IMG/VR virus record: IMGVR_UViG_3300006930_000006 | Strand: one strand, 5' to 3' | Length of the DNA stretch: 57,297 nucleotides | Source of the DNA: an uncultured virus (IMG/VR IMGVR_UViG_3300006930_000006) | Taxonomy: Duplodnaviria > Heunggongvirae > Uroviricota > Caudoviricetes | In this document: piece by piece, positions 48,715 through 57,230 of the stretch | Layout: each line of letters starts with the position of its first letter | How positions within the stretch are numbered: position 1 is the stretch's first letter | Program-made: the position numbers and the translations under genes | Notes under the pieces: generated by a model | Seen by the model: the letters and a program-made list of their open reading frames with translations, nothing else | The model's database searches: none | Told to the model about the DNA's origin: nothing

Positions 48715-48889
48715 AATTGTTAGTTATTGTGCTAATGAGAATCTAGTATCGTTAGAAGATAACGTAAACAAAGTTATGGCACAGAAAAGTATAGATACTA
48801 TTAATTCTATACGTTCTCAAGCTGCAGAAAGTTTAATGAAAGACTTTGGCACGTTTGATATTCCTACAAAGAAACCATTTCAAAAATAG
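48701..48889 (+). CDS. Prohead core protein (gp67-like)
   Basis: Small helical ORF between gp20 and gp21. Confidence 0.65.
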   Translation: MDLSKIVSYCANENLVSLEDNVNKVMAQKSIDTINSIRSQAAESLMKDFGTFDIPTKKPFQK

Positions 48890-48897
48890 GTGAGATT

Positions 48898-49062
48898 ATG
48901 GATAATATAAATACTATTATGAAACAAGTATTTAAGGGACAAAATCCCGACAATAGTTTAGTTACTAAAGAATTAGCAAATAGAGCATTATCTGAGATTG
49001 ATAATATAAGAATGCAAGTATCGGATAATCTTCTAAAGGATATTACAAATGAAGCTTCTTAA
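48898..49062 (+). CDS. Second small prohead core-like protein (54 aa, not in ORF track)
   Basis: AGGTGAG SD; MDNINTIMKQVFKG...IDNIRMQVSDNLLKDI aligns with the preceding ORF; contains TATAAATA (48906-13). Confidence 0.7.
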   Translation: MDNINTIMKQVFKGQNPDNSLVTKELANRALSEIDNIRMQVSDNLLKDITNEAS

Positions 49063-49717
49063 AGAGTTTAAGCAAAACGTAAATACACTTAATAGAGAAG
49101 AGAACGGCGAGAAGAAGTTCTTTATTGAAGGTATTTTTATGCAATCAAACATAAAGAACCAAAATGGTCGTATCTATCCAAAAGAGATTATGGAAAATGA
49201 GGTAGCTCGTTTTTCTAAAGATATGATTGCAACACGTAGAGCATTAGGTGAATTAGAGCATAGTGACTCACCAAATATCCAATTAGACCGTGCTTCTCAT
49301 TTAATTGAAGCATTAGAGTTTAGTGGTGATGATATCGTAGGTCGTGCAAAGATATTAGATACTGCCAACGGTCAGTTAGTAAAGGCTCTTATTAAAGAAG
49401 GTATTCAATTAGGTGTGTCTTCAAGAGGTTTAGGTTCCATTAAAATGTTAAACAATGGTGCCGCAGAAGTGCAAGATGACTTTCATCTAGTTACTGTAGA
49501 TATCGTATCAGATCCATCAGCTCCAAGTGCTTTGGTTGAAGGATTGATGGAAGGTAGAGAGTGGGTATACGATGCTATAAAGGGTATCTACAAAGAAAAA
49601 GCTTGCCAGAAAATGGATGAAGCAAAAAAGCATATTAAAACAATATCCAGTAAGCAACTTGAAGAGGAAAGTGTAAAACTTTTCAGAAGCTTAATGGAAG
49701 GTTTCGCAAGAAACTAA
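49049..49717 (+). CDS. 21: Prohead protease (gp21)
   Basis: IEGIFMQ, NQNGRIYP, ALGELEH, GVSSRGLGS, DIVSDPSAP. Confidence 0.97.
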   Translation: MKLLKEFKQNVNTLNREENGEKKFFIEGIFMQSNIKNQNGRIYPKEIMENEVARFSKDMIATRRALGELEHSDSPNIQLDRASHLIEALEFSGDDIVGRAKILDTANGQLVKALIKEGIQLGVSSRGLGSIKMLNNGAAEVQDDFHLVTVDIVSDPSAPSALVEGLMEGREWVYDAIKGIYKEKACQKMDEAKKHIKTISSKQLEEESVKLFRSLMEGFARN

Positions 49718-49736
49718 AAGGTGATTTTCTTTATTA

Positions 49737-49744
49737 TATAAATA
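49737..49744 (+). promoter_or_regulatory. Late promoter for gp22-gp23
   Basis: TATAAATA preceded 14 nt upstream by GATTTT. Confidence 0.82.
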
Positions 49745-49776
49745 TATGTATTGGTTAATAAAATTGAGGAATTAAA

Positions 49777-50991
49777 ATGGCAAGAAAGTTATTCAAAGAA
49801 GAAGACGAAATCGTAAAGAAAGACGATGAAGTCCTTGCTTCTGAAGAAAACGAGGAAGATGAAAATCTCCTTGCTACTGAAGAAGACGAATCTGAAGAGC
49901 CAAAAGCTGATGAGCTTAAGGAAGAAGAAGATTCTGAAGTAAAAGAAGACGAACTTAAGACCGAAGAAAACGAAGAAGATTTAGATAAAGAATTATCTGA
50001 AGAAGACGACGTTGTTCTTGATTTCGGTGATGTAAAAGAATCTGAAGAAGATGTTTTAGCAGATCTTGACGACAAAGAAATCACTGAAGAAGACGAAATC
50101 AGTTCAAAAGATGACGAAGACACCATCAAAGAAGCTGATGAAGAAGAAAACAAAGACGAACTTAAGACCGAAGAAAACGAAGACGAATTAGATGCAGAAA
50201 TCAAATCTGAGGAAGATGAGTCAGAAGAAGACGGTATTAAAATCGTATTTGATGAAGAGGAAGAAAAAGACCTAGAAGCTGAAAAGCAAGAAGATGCTGA
50301 AATTAAAGAGCATTTTGATGCTTTATTCAAAGGTCAAAAACTTACCGAAGGTTTCAAGAAACAAGCATTAGCAATCTTTGAGAATGCAGTTCGTGACCAA
50401 GTTCGTAAACAAGTAAAGAATTTAGAACCACAAGTAAACGCAGTTCTTAAAGAAGCTGTAAAGAAACAAAAGTCAAAATTAACTGAAAATGTTGATAAGT
50501 ACTTAAGTTATACAGCTAAAGAATGGGCTAACAAGAATCGCATTGCTTTAGAGCAAGGTGTTCGTAATCAGCTCAGCGAGTCTTTGGTTCGTGGTTTGAA
50601 AACATTGCTTGAAAATCATTATATCACTGTACCAGCTAACAAAACGAATCTTTTAAGACAGTTGTCAGAAAGAAATGCAAACTTAGCAAAGAGATTAAAT
50701 GAAAATCACGCAAAGTTGGTTAAGTTATCAGAAGCACATATCAATGCTAAAAAGCTATTGGTTGTTAAGTCATTATCTGAAGGCTTAAGCGCAACTCAAG
50801 CTGAGAAATTAAAACAACTTTCAGAAAATGTATCTTACAAAGACGCAAAGCAATTTGCTGCTAAAGTAAAAGCATTGAAAGAAGGTTATATTAATAAGAA
50901 TTCAAAACCAACTATCGTAGAATCAAAAGCTGTTATTAAAGAGTCAGTAGATTCTGATGTTGAATTGGTTAAGAAAGCTTTTAGTAAATAG
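49777..50991 (+). CDS. 22: Prohead scaffold protein (gp22) with long acidic N-terminus
   Basis: LTEGFKKQALAIFENAV, VDKYLSY..KEW, GLKTLLENHYITVP, LSATQAEKL. Confidence 0.92.
   Translation: MARKLFKEEDEIVKKDDEVLASEENEEDENLLATEEDESEEPKADELKEEEDSEVKEDELKTEENEEDLDKELSEEDDVVLDFGDVKESEEDVLADLDDKEITEEDEISSKDDEDTIKEADEEENKDELKTEENEDELDAEIKSEEDESEEDGIKIVFDEEEEKDLEAEKQEDAEIKEHFDALFKGQKLTEGFKKQALAIFENAVRDQVRKQVKNLEPQVNAVLKEAVKKQKSKLTENVDKYLSYTAKEWANKNRIALEQGVRNQLSESLVRGLKTLLENHYITVPANKTNLLRQLSERNANLAKRLNENHAKLVKLSEAHINAKKLLVVKSLSEGLSATQAEKLKQLSENVSYKDAKQFAAKVKALKEGYINKNSKPTIVESKAVIKESVDSDVELVKKAFSK
49946..50183 (+). repeat. 31-nt exact direct repeat within gp22 (49946-49976 and 50153-50183)
   Basis: AAGACGAACTTAAGACCGAAGAAAACGAAGA twice (DELKTEENE). 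Confidence 0.85.
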
Positions 50992-51013
50992 TTAATAATA
51001 AAAAGGAGACAAT

Positions 51014-52357
51014 ATGTCTGAATTATCAAAAAAATGGGGAGCAGTAAAAGAATTGAATATGGCTGGTATTAAAGATAGCCATCGTCAAAATGTTGTTGCT
51101 CAGCTCATTGAAAACACAGTTAAAGGCCAAAAAAATGGTTCTTCTGTGATTACCGAAGCTACTGGTACTGCACAAGTTGATATCGTAGATCCAGTGTTGA
51201 TTAAATTAGTTCGTCGTGCAATGCCTAACTTGATTGCTTACGATGTTTGTTCTGTTCAACCAATGACAGGTCCAACTGGATTGATTTTCGCAATGCGCGC
51301 AATCTTATCAAGTTCACCTGCTAGCGGTCCATTAGGTACTCCTGGTGATGCTCGTCCTGGTTTCAATGCTGGTGGTTCTCAAACAACTACTTGGCAGACA
51401 AACGGTGTAGCACCAAACGAAGCTTTTATGTCAAACATTGACGCTTCATATTCTGGTACTGGTACACATAACCCTGGTTATCCTAACTATCAAGAAGGTA
51501 CTTCAATGTACACTGATGTTGCTGAAACATTAGGTCGTGGTACTTCTGGGGATAAAGAATGGGGCGAAATGGGCTTCACTATTGAGAAAACATCAGTATC
51601 TGCTGGTTCTCGTGGTTTGAAAGCTAACTACACCATTGAATTAATGCAAGATCTTAAATCAGTTCACGGTTTGGATGCAGAATCTGAATTGTCAACAATC
51701 TTAAGCACAGAAATTCTTGCTGAAATCAATCGTGAAGTTATTGAAACGATCCGTAGAATTGCTAAATTATCAGTTGCTACAGTTCAATACTCAAACGGTT
51801 CTGTTGTAAAAGATAGTGCTGGTGACCCTGTATTAAGTGCTGCTGGTTCTTTTGACCTTGACGTAAACAGTGATGGTCGTTGGTCAGCTGAAAAATACAA
51901 ATCATTGCTATTCTACATTGACCGTGTAGCTAACAGCATTGCTAAAGATACTCGTAGAGGTCGTGGTAACACTATCATCTGCTCATCTGATGTAGCAAGT
52001 GCTTTAAATCTCACAGGTAAATTGGTTTATGCTCCAGCTTTAGAAAGCAACTTAACAGTAGATGATACTGGTAACACTTTCGTTGGTATGCTCAATGGTT
52101 ACTACAAAGTATTCATTGACCCATATTTAACTTACAATGAAGTTATTGTTGGTTATAAAGGTTCAAACGTTTATGATGCTGGTTTATTCTATTGCCCTTA
52201 CGTTCCATTGGAAGCATTAAGAGCTGTAGACCCTAAAACATTACAGCCTGTAGTGGGTTATAAGACACGTTACGGAATCGTTGCTAACCCTTACTCTAAC
52301 TTGGTTACACACGGAAATCACTACTACAGAAAATTCCGTGTATTAAACTTAGCTTAG
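51014..52357 (+). CDS. 23: Major capsid protein (gp23)
   Basis: DPVLIKLVRRAMPNLIAYD, VQPMTGPTGLIFAMR, EMGFTIEK, ELMQDLKSVHGLDAESEL, DAGLFYCPYVPL, KTRYG. Confidence 0.99.
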   Translation: MSELSKKWGAVKELNMAGIKDSHRQNVVAQLIENTVKGQKNGSSVITEATGTAQVDIVDPVLIKLVRRAMPNLIAYDVCSVQPMTGPTGLIFAMRAILSSSPASGPLGTPGDARPGFNAGGSQTTTWQTNGVAPNEAFMSNIDASYSGTGTHNPGYPNYQEGTSMYTDVAETLGRGTSGDKEWGEMGFTIEKTSVSAGSRGLKANYTIELMQDLKSVHGLDAESELSTILSTEILAEINREVIETIRRIAKLSVATVQYSNGSVVKDSAGDPVLSAAGSFDLDVNSDGRWSAEKYKSLLFYIDRVANSIAKDTRRGRGNTIICSSDVASALNLTGKLVYAPALESNLTVDDTGNTFVGMLNGYYKVFIDPYLTYNEVIVGYKGSNVYDAGLFYCPYVPLEALRAVDPKTLQPVVGYKTRYGIVANPYSNLVTHGNHYYRKFRVLNLA

Positions 52358-52388
52358 TATCTTCTAAGTAAAAGTTTAATAAAACTCT

Positions 52389-52423
52389 GGGGATCCGGTA
52401 TGAAAATATCGGATCCTTTTTTT
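52389..52423 (+). terminator. Intrinsic terminator after gp23
   Basis: GGATCCGGTAT-GAAA-ATATCGGATCC followed by T7. Confidence 0.9.
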
Positions 52424-52462
52424 GTCTTGACTTTATGTCTTAAATGTGTTATATATAGTACT

Positions 52463-53950
52463 ATGGAAAACATAGATAACATAATAGCAGAATACAAGTC
52501 CGGCAAGACCATATCTCAACTCAATAAGATATATGGAATACCACGCAAGACTATCACAAAAATCCTTATTGACGGAAAGGTTCTAATGAGGCCAGAGGGA
52601 TTATTCACAGATTCTGATGGAATTGATAAGACCGAAATCAAGATATCAAAAGATGCCTTATATCAGATGCGTGTAGTAGATGCCAAATCATACTCACAGA
52701 TTGCAAAAGAAACGGGTCTCAGTGTATGGTTAGTGGAGGACAGGTGTAAGTACTACGGCTTCCCCGGACAAGTGTATAGACACGCATATAATTACAGAGA
52801 GGTGCCTTCTAAAGATGTATTATATGATTTGTATCACAATAAATTACAATCTCAATCAGATATAGCCAGAACTTATAAAACGACACCTTCTACAGTAAAG
52901 AAGTGGTTGGTAAAAAATGATATACAATTAAGAGCACATAAAGAAGTTATTGGTAAGGCTATGAAAAAATACGCTGATGACTTCAAAGAAGTTAATGGTT
53001 ATTATCCACAGGCAGACCCAGAATTAGTAAAGCGTTCATTACAGACACGTTTAGATAGATTTGGTACTACATTTATTCAACGAGATCCAAACAAAGAATA
53101 TACAGAAGACAAAGTTCGTAATTATCTTAATAGTATTGGTGGTAATTTTGTAAAAAGTGATTATTCTATACTTGGTAATAAAGAACTAGATATGGTTGAC
53201 CACGACAAAAAAATAGCTGTAGAATACTGTGGTTTATACTGGCATCACGAATTGACTAGATGTAATGATGTTTATCATTGGGAAAAGTATAAAAAGTGTC
53301 AAGAAAAAGGTTATAGACTAATTACCATCTTTGAAGACGAGTGGTTACTTAAACAAAATCAAGTAAAGAACTTTTTATTTTCTATTGTCGGTACTTCAGA
53401 AGTTGTATATGCTAGAAAGTGTGCAATAAAACAACTTGAAAAGTATCAAGCTAATAAGTTCTTTGAAGATAATCATATACAAGGTGAAGCAAATAGTATC
53501 CTTTATGCTTATGGTTTAGAATACAATGGACAACTAATTGGTGTTATATCTTTTGGTTTACATCATAGAAACAATGATAAGTCTATTATCGTATTGAATA
53601 GATTAGCATTTGTACACGGTATTACTGTTATTGGTGGTGCTTCTAGATTATTGCAAGCTTTCGTAAAAGAATATGGTTCTAAGTATAAAAAGATAATCAG
53701 CTGGTCAGATAATAGATGGTCTACGGGTAATGTTTATGAAAAACTTGGTTTTATTAAAGAAGTAGAATATAAGCGTGATTATTCATACTTTGTAGAAGGA
53801 ACTAAGCAATTAAGATTTCCTAAGCAATCAATGACTAGAAAAGCTCTAGGTTGTAAACCTGGTGAGACTGAGCATCAAAAAGCATTAGAACTTGGTTATT
53901 TACGTGTTTGGGATTGTGGTAAAATTAGATGGACTTATAACCTTGTATAA
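52463..53950 (+). CDS. Hef-like free-standing homing endonuclease (HTH repeats + Vsr-like nuclease + conserved C-terminal domain)
   Basis: ATG at 52463; tandem HTH-like segments; ELDMVD..KIAVEYCGLYWH, LITIFEDEW, GGASRLL, SDNRW..GNVYEKLGF, WDCG. Confidence 0.8.
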   Translation: MENIDNIIAEYKSGKTISQLNKIYGIPRKTITKILIDGKVLMRPEGLFTDSDGIDKTEIKISKDALYQMRVVDAKSYSQIAKETGLSVWLVEDRCKYYGFPGQVYRHAYNYREVPSKDVLYDLYHNKLQSQSDIARTYKTTPSTVKKWLVKNDIQLRAHKEVIGKAMKKYADDFKEVNGYYPQADPELVKRSLQTRLDRFGTTFIQRDPNKEYTEDKVRNYLNSIGGNFVKSDYSILGNKELDMVDHDKKIAVEYCGLYWHHELTRCNDVYHWEKYKKCQEKGYRLITIFEDEWLLKQNQVKNFLFSIVGTSEVVYARKCAIKQLEKYQANKFFEDNHIQGEANSILYAYGLEYNGQLIGVISFGLHHRNNDKSIIVLNRLAFVHGITVIGGASRLLQAFVKEYGSKYKKIISWSDNRWSTGNVYEKLGFIKEVEYKRDYSYFVEGTKQLRFPKQSMTRKALGCKPGETEHQKALELGYLRVWDCGKIRWTYNLV

Positions 53951-53953
53951 ATA
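53946..53953 (+). promoter_or_regulatory. Late promoter for the tRNA
   Basis: TATAAATA ending 6 nt before the tRNA 5' G. Confidence 0.75.
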
Positions 53954-53958
53954 CCCAC

Positions 53959-54048
53959 GGGCACTTGTGTGAGTGGTTGAAACAGATAGTCTTGAAAACT
54001 ATTAGACCAGCGATGGTCTCGCAAGTTCAAATCTTGCAGTGTCCGCCA
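53959..54048 (+). tRNA. tRNA-Ser (anticodon UGA), encoded CCA
   Basis: Acceptor GGGCACT/AGTGTCC, G discriminator + CCA; anticodon arm ATAGT-CTTGAAA-ACTAT; long variable arm AGACCA..TGGTCT; T-arm GCAAG-TTCAAAT-CTTGC. Confidence 0.95.
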
Positions 54049-54051
54049 ATT

Positions 54052-54192
54052 TTAATCTTCTAACGCAGCTGCATAGATCTTTACAAGATTATCCAAAATC
54101 ATCTTTTCTTCCTCACGATTAAATTGGAAGAATCCCATAGCTTCAATCAATCCATTAAATTCGTCTATTAGTCTTCTGTCTTTATTAGTCAT
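54052..54192 (-). CDS. Small hypothetical protein (46 aa, not in ORF track)
   Basis: MTNKDRRLIDEFNGLIEAMGFF...; AAGGA SD; overlaps the upstream stop. Confidence 0.65.
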   Translation of the reverse strand: MTNKDRRLIDEFNGLIEAMGFFQFNREEEKMILDNLVKIYAAALED

Positions 54193-54517
54193 TTTTAGTT
54201 CCTTTCAGTGTTATAAGCAAAACATTAGTATTCTTGTTATAATCAGGTAGAATAACTTTACTTTCTATATTCTTAATATCTTCTTCTGTTAGATTATCAA
54301 TAGTTTTTGTGAAGAAACAACCATCAGCGATAATCCCACTATAACCATATAAGCATAAAGGCACACCAAGTCTATCCGTTGGTATGGTGAAAGTCTTCAA
54401 GTAATCCTCAAAGCCTGCTATTATTGTATGCACTAAGATATCACTAGACACATAGACATTATTGTCTTTTTCAATTTTGTGTAGGTCTCTTTGGAATTCT
54501 TCTTCTAATAGCCACAT
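54185..54517 (-). CDS. Hypothetical protein
   Basis: Part of a tightly packed minus-strand operon. Confidence 0.7.
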   Translation of the reverse strand: MWLLEEEFQRDLHKIEKDNNVYVSSDILVHTIIAGFEDYLKTFTIPTDRLGVPLCLYGYSGIIADGCFFTKTIDNLTEEDIKNIESKVILPDYNKNTNVLLITLKGTKND

Positions 54518-54530
54518 ATTATTACTCTTT

Positions 54531-54674
54531 CTATATTAGTGGTATGATATGCCAAATTAAGTCATATAATCTAAAAAGCCCTAAGCATAAACACGTCAAT
54601 ATAAAGACCCCAATAGGAAGCCCAAATACAAAGTATAACACTTGAATAAACATTTTTACTTCATCGTTATACAT
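54531..54674 (-). CDS. Small membrane protein (47 aa, not in ORF track)
   Basis: MYNDEVKMFIQVLYFVFGLPIGVFILTCLCLGLFRLYDLIWHIIPLI. Confidence 0.6.
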   Translation of the reverse strand: MYNDEVKMFIQVLYFVFGLPIGVFILTCLCLGLFRLYDLIWHIIPLI

Positions 54675-54675
54675 A

Positions 54676-55110
54676 TTATTCATCTTCATCACCCATTACA
54701 TCTTCTGTTATACCAACTTCTACAATTTCCTTTAAAAGTCTTAAGAATTCACTGTGGTCTAAGTTTCTTAAACGACTTGCTGGTATAGCATAATCCTCAG
54801 AGTTATACTCGCCAACATCAATATCATAAGTATATAAATCTGCAACTGGATTATACCACTTTGATACACTAATTCTTGCCCAGGTTCTTTTACCCATTAT
54901 ATTTAATTTTTTGTTATAGAATAAGCAAATGCTGGTATTTTCTACACGAGTATAGAATCTACTATCTTCTTCATTACCAATAATAGTTCTAGCATCTCTA
55001 TCAAACTCATTAGCTATCTCATCAGCAAGTTTGCCTTCTTCTGCCTTCATTTTTGCTATTTTATCTTTATTACTTGCAACTAACTCAAAGTAATCTTTAA
55101 TTGTTCTCAT
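54676..55110 (-). CDS. Hypothetical protein, paralogue family member
   Basis: Similar N-terminal helix and C-terminal F..LL..IV..G to 55466 and 55888 ORFs. Confidence 0.75.
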   Translation of the reverse strand: MRTIKDYFELVASNKDKIAKMKAEEGKLADEIANEFDRDARTIIGNEEDSRFYTRVENTSICLFYNKKLNIMGKRTWARISVSKWYNPVADLYTYDIDVGEYNSEDYAIPASRLRNLDHSEFLRLLKEIVEVGITEDVMGDEDE

Positions 55111-55463
55111 AATGTTTTCTCCTTCATTAGACTGATTATGGCATCATTTAGGATTTTCTTTTGTAATGCTGTGTATTCACTTAATAGTTTTGGATACATA
55201 TCTTCCATAGCTTTTTCTGCTTCTGCTTTATCATAAGAAGCACCAAGATTCGTAAGTTCACTTTCTGTCATAGTTTTCAATGGTTTATTCAAGCAACCCA
55301 GAGGCTCAAGTGTATAGGTTATACTATCTGTTTTAATACTACATTCCACTATACGATATTCGGTTATAGTTCTATTAATAGTACTTGTGCTTATATAACA
55401 AGGACCTTGGTTATTTACATAATAAGTTGGAACGTAGATCGTTTTGTCAATATCAAATAACAT
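55107..55463 (-). CDS. Hypothetical protein
   Basis: Tightly packed ORF. Confidence 0.7.
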   Translation of the reverse strand: MLFDIDKTIYVPTYYVNNQGPCYISTSTINRTITEYRIVECSIKTDSITYTLEPLGCLNKPLKTMTESELTNLGASYDKAEAEKAMEDMYPKLLSEYTALQKKILNDAIISLMKEKTL

Positions 55464-55465
55464 TT

Positions 55466-55876
55466 TTATTCCTCAATTTCCCAGCCTTTATCAACTACAC
55501 TTGCTAATACTTCTTTAAATCTGTCATAATTCAAATCTTTAACATTAAAGACTAAGTCTTCGTTTGCATACTTACGATAAAAAGTTATACTATAATACTC
55601 AACTTCTTCATCATACGACTTACCTAATTCTTTTGCTATATATAGATAACCAGGTACAAATTCGTCTATAATCCAGATTTTAGTATCATATTTTACTTGA
55701 ATATAACTACAGTCTAGATACTTATTTTCTGGTGTAAGTTTTCCCAAAATATCTTTTAATTCGTCTACGAAAGCATCTGTAAGTTTTCGTTTAATAAGCA
55801 TCCTTTCTTCGTCTGCCTTCTCAAGATCTTGCACACGTTTTTTAGTCAACTCAATGTATTCTTTTAATGATGACAT
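55466..55876 (-). CDS. Hypothetical protein, paralogue family member
   Basis: MSSLKE...FKEVLASVVDKGWEIEE. Confidence 0.75.
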   Translation of the reverse strand: MSSLKEYIELTKKRVQDLEKADEERMLIKRKLTDAFVDELKDILGKLTPENKYLDCSYIQVKYDTKIWIIDEFVPGYLYIAKELGKSYDEEVEYYSITFYRKYANEDLVFNVKDLNYDRFKEVLASVVDKGWEIEE

Positions 55877-55887
55877 TTTATTTTCCT

Positions 55888-56280
55888 CTATTCTTCTGGT
55901 ATTGTCCAGCCATTATTAACAATGTGATTTAGAATCTTCTTAAACTCGTCAAAGTGTAGATTTTCAAGTTCAAGCCAAGTTTCACCATACAGATTTATTA
56001 GTGTTATATGATATACCACACGGTCATCATTATCAATATCTTTTTTAATAACTAATCGTCTATCCAAGTAATCTTGAAAAACTTTTACTTCTATCTGATA
56101 AGTAAGCATTACTTTAATACCATACCAATTACAAGCTTCTGCTCTCTCCGGTGGTTTCTCAATGATGCCTTCAATTTCTTTTAGAAAGTTAGCAATTTCT
56201 TGTTTCTTGATTGCTTCCTTAGAATTGTTAATTTCTTCCTCTTTTGTGGATAATTCTTTTAGCTCTTGTATACTAGACAT
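55888..56280 (-). CDS. Hypothetical protein, paralogue family member
   Basis: MSSIQE...FKKILNHIVNNGWTIPEE. Confidence 0.75.
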   Translation of the reverse strand: MSSIQELKELSTKEEEINNSKEAIKKQEIANFLKEIEGIIEKPPERAEACNWYGIKVMLTYQIEVKVFQDYLDRRLVIKKDIDNDDRVVYHITLINLYGETWLELENLHFDEFKKILNHIVNNGWTIPEE

Positions 56281-56908
56281 TATCTTTTCCTTTCAAGTAC
56301 TCTTCCAATAAAGCAAATGTTTTCGGATCCAATTCAGATCCAATGAAATCTCTACCAAGTGCCATAGTAGCCTCGCCAACTGTACCAATACCAGCAAATG
56401 GATCGTATACAGTTTCACCAGGATTTGTAAAAGTCTCAATAAATGGCTTCCATAAGTCTGCTACCTGATTGTCATTATAACCTTTAAACGACTTCCTTTC
56501 AAATGTAAAGCAATCTTTTCTATAATCTGAGATACTATTCTTTACCAATGGTTTACCTTTTGCATAAGTCATTATAAAAGCATAGTTAAGCCTAAATAAA
56601 TTAATTTTGAAGGATTTTATCCATATCTTCTGTGAAATAAGTTTATAACCGCATTCTTCCATTATATCCTTAAACCACACGTGTTTAAGGTAAACAGTGC
56701 CATCACCTAATCTATCCGTGTTTAGCATAGTTACTGTCCCGTTTATAGGTTTTAGTTCGCTAATAACACTTTTTAGAAATTCTTTATATTTTGTCTGGTC
56801 TTTCTTAGGTTCCATACCAATTTCTTCAAAATCAGGTGGACTAAAGAGTGCATAGTGATAATCTATTTTCTTTAGTGTATCTCTACAGTCTTCATTATAT
56901 AGCTTCAT
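56273..56908 (-). CDS. Beta-class amino (N4-C/N6-A) DNA methyltransferase-like protein with atypical SPPD motif
   Basis: YNEDC, FSPPDF (motif IV position), TVYDPFAGIGT (motif I), FIGSELD. Confidence 0.82.
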   Translation of the reverse strand: MKLYNEDCRDTLKKIDYHYALFSPPDFEEIGMEPKKDQTKYKEFLKSVISELKPINGTVTMLNTDRLGDGTVYLKHVWFKDIMEECGYKLISQKIWIKSFKINLFRLNYAFIMTYAKGKPLVKNSISDYRKDCFTFERKSFKGYNDNQVADLWKPFIETFTNPGETVYDPFAGIGTVGEATMALGRDFIGSELDPKTFALLEEYLKGKDNV

Positions 56909-57230
56909 TTTTACACCTTTTTTCTAATTCTTCTTTATTGGCTGCAATAGCTGCGGCATAAGCTTCTCGTCTAGTAAAGAAATAACCACTTTTTGCTAAT
57001 TCTTTCTTTGTATATGTCCTATAACTAATATGATATACACCTTTTCTGAGTACATAATAATCACCAAATACTCTATAAAACTGACCAGCACGGCAATGAG
57101 TTGCCTCGTCTGATACCTCGTAAATATAGCCTTTTTCTGGCTTTTCGTCTACGAAACGTTTCATCTCTTTGGTTTGTAGTTTAATAGCTTCTTCTATGTC
57201 AGTGGCATTATTTGATTTAATTTCACTCAT
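56895..57230 (-). CDS. Hypothetical protein
   Basis: GGAAGG SD; overlaps the MTase start. Confidence 0.7.
   Translation of the reverse strand: MSEIKSNNATDIEEAIKLQTKEMKRFVDEKPEKGYIYEVSDEATHCRAGQFYRVFGDYYVLRKGVYHISYRTYTKKELAKSGYFFTRREAYAAAIAANKEELEKRCKNEAI

Noticed and set aside
1434..50330. Numerous short antisense or alternative-frame ORFs in the track (e.g. 1434-, 5314-, 7810+, 8482+, 10699-, 23407-, 44532-, 49755-)
   Set aside because: They lie wholly within or opposite well-supported conserved genes and read as antisense shadows of AT-rich codon usage
112..52357. Inteins or group I introns in gp43, gp41, gp17, gp20 or gp23
   Set aside because: Lengths and motif spacing are normal, with no intein termini or frame interruptions
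52400..52462. ATG 52400 as start of the Hef-like gene
   Set aside because: Falls inside the gp23 terminator hairpin; ATG 52463 is more plausible
53959..54048. tRNA as an opal suppressor or Sec tRNA, implying stop-codon recoding
   Set aside because: The anticodon is UGA, which reads UCA (Ser). Conserved genes end at TAG/TGA at their expected C-termini (gp43, gp23, gp26), so the standard code holds
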